Assembly: GCF_902784195.1 (NCBI RefSeq)
Contig: NZ_CACZTX010000014.1
Location: 1 to 30,971 of the forward strand
DNA: 30,971 nt
Reading direction: 5' to 3'
Source of the DNA: an uncultured Methanobrevibacter sp.
GTDB lineage: Archaea; Methanobacteriota; Methanobacteria; Methanobacteriales; Methanobacteriaceae
A model generated the notes under the pieces. That model was not told where the DNA came from, searched no databases, and worked only from the letters and a program-made list of their open reading frames with translations. How positions within the stretch are numbered: the stretch's first letter is position 1; each line of letters opens with the position of its first letter. The translations under genes and the position numbers were made by a program. This document shows, piece by piece, positions 28,901 to 30,971 of this stretch.

Positions 28901-30556
28901 CCTTCAGATGTAAAAGTCATAAATAGTACTTTCTTTGAAAACCAAGCATGGTCTTACCTATTAAACATCACCCCAGAAAACAACACTTATCTTAACGAAG
29001 GTCAAGAATTCAATATAAGTGTTAGCCACCAAGGTGGAGACAATATTATAAATGCAATCTACAATGATGAAGATTGTGAAACAATTTTAAACAATGTAAC
29101 TTATCCATTCATGACATGGGATGGACAGTTAATAAACAAAACAACCCCAACTCAAGATATTCGACCTGTAATGGGTGCGGAAAACAGTGATTATGGTAAT
29201 TTATTATACCAAGATGATTTCGAAAATAATCAAATCATTAATGTTCTAGTAAAAGATAAAAATGGAAATGTAGTTGTCGACAAAAATGGAACAACCTTAA
29301 GTTTCGAGGGTTTGAAAACAGATATTTTCGGTGATATTTTCATTGTAAAAGATGGAGAAATCATTAGATGCATACCTGTAGCCGGTTTAGAACCTGGAAG
29401 GTATTATGTAGAAGCTACTCACCCAGAAGACAGATATTATTTAGAAATTTATAATTTCACTGTCCTTAGAGTCGGTCCTACTGATTTAGAGATCAATAAA
29501 ACAGTAAGCAATGCTAGTTGTGATGTTGATGATATTGTCGACTGGAATGTCACTACCGGAAACATTGGACCAATTGATGCTGAAAATGTTACTGTAAGAG
29601 ATACCTTACCTGAAGGTCTTGATTTACTCGATTTAACTTTCAACTTCTTTGATTCAATTAACGGAAACTGGTGTACTGGTAAACTCAATTTAACTACTAA
29701 CACTTTAACTTATGGAGTTTACAATGCAACTGCAGGCACCTGGACTTATAATGAAGCAAGTTATGATGGAACTGGCACATGGAATATTGTCATTCCAGAT
29801 ATTGATGGAAATGTTGATATCTTAAAGCCAGTTACAATTAGCTTAACCTTAAATAAGGGTTCAGACACTACAGTTACTTTATTTGTAAGCGACTTATTAG
29901 AGCAATCAAGTGTTGTCATGAACTTAGTTACCAATGTAACTAAAGAAGGTGAATTTACCAATTTTGCTAATGTAACTACCGACACTCCAGAAACTAATTA
30001 CACTAACAATAATGCTAGCAACACTACAACAACAGTTGTTGAACTCACCAATCTTACTGTGATTAAGGTTTGGGATGATGAGAATAACCAAGATGGTGTC
30101 AGACCTGTCAATGTTACCATTGAGTTATTTGCAGATGGTGTAAAGATTAATGAGACTGTTTTAAATGAAGGTAATAATTGGAAATATACTTTCACTGATT
30201 TACCTGTTAAGAATAATGGTCAAGTTATAAATTACACTGTTAATGAGACTGTCATTAATAATTACACAACAGTAATTAGTAATGAGACTGCTTATAACTG
30301 GACTGTACTTAACATTCACGTTCCTGAATTGACTGAGGTCAATGTGACTAAGGTTTGGGATGATGAGAATAACCAAGATGGTGTCAGACCTCCTAGTGTG
30401 ACTGTTATTTTGTATGCTGACGGCACAGAAATCAACCGTACTGTTTTGTCTGAGGAGAACAATTGGAAATGGACTTTCCCAGACTTAGATGTCTATAAAG
30501 ACGGTGTTTTAATCGTTTACACTGTTAATGAACAATTGGAAATGGACTTTCCCTGA
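25940..30556 (+). CDS. Giant secreted adhesin-like protein: signal peptide, right-handed beta-helix repeats, DUF11-like domain, Cna_B-type repeats; ORF interrupted at 30556
   Basis: MLFCLISLVGIASAEDISDN signal; dozens of NNTAxxxGGAI-type repeats; DLEINKTVSNASCDVDDIVDWNVTTGNIGPIDAENVTVRDTLPEGL (DUF11-like); TKVWDDENNQDGVRPPSVTVILYADGTEINRTVLSEENNWKWTFPDLDVYKDGVLIVYTVNE (Cna_B-like). Exact start unresolved. Confidence 0.9.
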   Translation: MMLFCLISLVGIASAEDISDNEIISYDDTIDISTENSNLQEISDLSSASDSNDISNEISNADDSADDTSDDVITSSSSKEVLGANKLYASYDLSGSTLADIQAYLDSGSVVAGDTIYLGNQTWNSGNWGPYSGGPVQVNIPNLIISGGTSGSPNDFATISAGSKIFQLNAPGITLKNIAFTNTAQGPCCAVNIQSSDSTITNCVFDHCYNQNGAAIYGSSSSSNTKIENCNFTNNEAIWSGKGTVYYEGSDLTITGSIFDANIGGAVYSEGDTEITDCIFEDHTTDKIIVDLHGTAKVTNSNFTNNNVTGWNVGALNIGGENSLIENCNFINNSAQGYGGAVGVNGINSQIKDSTFTNNHATSGGAIHDSASGLTVSNCAFENNTANSGGGAIDLSYDNAVVSDCNFTNNSANSQGGAIYIGWDCNRQTITNCDFTDNDAGSQGGAIYADSEGNKVTYSNFTGNSAPNGGAIQLGGDSDDFDLEHVIFENNHAYVYQGEWGPVGGHGGAINADNHNEINPDIVDVTFINNTADIAGGAVKHHSNWTFTDCEFINNSANPDNNPSYVSDEISFGGGALWCCDGISNLINTDFIGNNATFGGAIRGAVNAKDCLVENNTAFNGNGGGIDMTIDARLFENETFLTAVNVKDCTFINNSAQGDYQPSEEAKGGKAQGGAIHVYRVDGMVLDNITCIDNSAYRGGAIDLYVMNFTTLSNSTLLNNTATLGGGIAVVGNHTRFDNVTMTENAAVVNGSQDGQGGGIWVIGEDCRIFNSTIDHNIAEGQGGGAWINGSDVQLNNTVLDSNVAEAEMLAAGGGLFVEGDGCIFNNNTITRNNCSSDSGTGGGICVTGENCIFTNNTIDYNFATYGGGVSVDGANTNFTHNNMSYNRAETGGGFFVQGEDLYVEDLYAFNNTAENGGAAATLLADGTIFKNSTFENNTAIGDLSEDRGEGGAIHISASSNVLVQADFINNTACNGSAIYVDNFWGLPSDVKVINSTFFENQAWSYLLNITPENNTYLNEGQEFNISVSHQGGDNIINAIYNDEDCETILNNVTYPFMTWDGQLINKTTPTQDIRPVMGAENSDYGNLLYQDDFENNQIINVLVKDKNGNVVVDKNGTTLSFEGLKTDIFGDIFIVKDGEIIRCIPVAGLEPGRYYVEATHPEDRYYLEIYNFTVLRVGPTDLEINKTVSNASCDVDDIVDWNVTTGNIGPIDAENVTVRDTLPEGLDLLDLTFNFFDSINGNWCTGKLNLTTNTLTYGVYNATAGTWTYNEASYDGTGTWNIVIPDIDGNVDILKPVTISLTLNKGSDTTVTLFVSDLLEQSSVVMNLVTNVTKEGEFTNFANVTTDTPETNYTNNNASNTTTTVVELTNLTVIKVWDDENNQDGVRPVNVTIELFADGVKINETVLNEGNNWKYTFTDLPVKNNGQVINYTVNETVINNYTTVISNETAYNWTVLNIHVPELTEVNVTKVWDDENNQDGVRPPSVTVILYADGTEINRTVLSEENNWKWTFPDLDVYKDGVLIVYTVNEQLEMDFP

Positions 30557-30971
30557 ATTGGACAAATACAAGAACGGTGAATTAATCGTTTATACTGTTA
30601 ATGAGACTGCTGTTGCTAATTATACTGTTAACATTACTCAGGTGGGCAATGATTTCACCTTGAACAACACTCATGTTCCTGAATTGACTGAAGTTAACGT
30701 GACCAAGATTTGGGACGATAACAATGATCAAGATGGTGTCAGACCTCCTAGTGTGACTGTTATCTTGTATGCTGACGGCACTGAGATCAACCGTACTGTT
30801 TTGTCTGAGGAGAACAATTGGAAATGGACTTTCCCTGAATTGGACAAATACAACAACGGAATCTTGATTGTCTACACTGTTAATGAGACTGCTGTTGCTA
30901 ATTATACTGTTAACATTACTCAGGTGGGCAATGATTTCACCTTGAACAACACTCACGTTCCTGAATTGACT
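30065..30971 (+). repeat. Tandem Cna_B-type repeats (282-285 bp period) at 3' end of the adhesin gene
   Basis: Equivalent AAG (Lys of KVWDD/KIWDD) codons at 30065, 30350 and 30705; CACGTTCCTGAATTGACT-type boundary at 30317, 30672 and 30954. Confidence 0.85.
30531..30971 (+). pseudogene. Out-of-frame continuation of the adhesin Cna_B repeats, open to window end
   Basis: Frame reads NNWKWTFPELDKYKNGELIVYTVNETAVANYTVNITQVGNDFTLNNTHVPELTEVNVTKIWDDNNDQDGVRPPSVTVILYADGTEIN... with no stop, +1 relative to the upstream ORF. Confidence 0.75.

Noticed and set aside
27147-30195. Multiple short ORFs overlapping the adhesin gene on the minus strand and in other plus-strand frames
   Set aside because: Overlap a long repetitive secreted-protein ORF; all look like composition-driven shadow ORFs.
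30582-30956. Minus-strand 124-aa ORF with two near-identical segments
   Set aside because: Pure antisense shadow of the Cna_B tandem repeats; its internal repetition mirrors the coding repeats.
1-30971. CRISPR array, tRNA/rRNA genes or transposase
   Set aside because: No regularly spaced direct repeats with unique spacers, no recognisable tRNA/rRNA sequence and no DDE/serine/tyrosine recombinase motifs were seen on either strand. A tRNAscan/Infernal run would be needed to be definitive.

Overview
AT-rich archaeal window, most consistent with a Methanobrevibacter-like member of Methanobacteriales. This rests on mtd, a CfbB-like protein, TrpB2, DUF63/DUF1786-type proteins and a giant adhesin-like protein. 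It looks like ordinary chromosome: no rRNA, tRNA, transposase or CRISPR array was recognised. Most genes are housekeeping or conserved methanogen genes. The most interesting non-routine signals are: (1) a parA-like gene followed by a protein that keeps only the ParB N-terminal GLGRGL peptide, with a perfect 22-bp palindrome and an iteron-like AT-rich array upstream, resembling a minimal parABS arrangement; (2) four helically phased TGTAC/GTACA boxes around the TATA element of trpB2, matching the TrpY TRP-box logic; (3) a coiled-coil gene bracketed by long intergenic regions carrying dispersed exact copies of TGTAATATCATT and TGAGTTAAC; (4) nested dyads upstream of a giant beta-helix/Cna_B adhesin whose tandem repeats contain a 73-bp out-of-frame junction that stops the ORF; (5) genes (parA, a ferredoxin and possibly the adhesin) whose true starts appear not to be ATG/GTG/TTG. 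All assignments come from reading the sequence; no database search was run.
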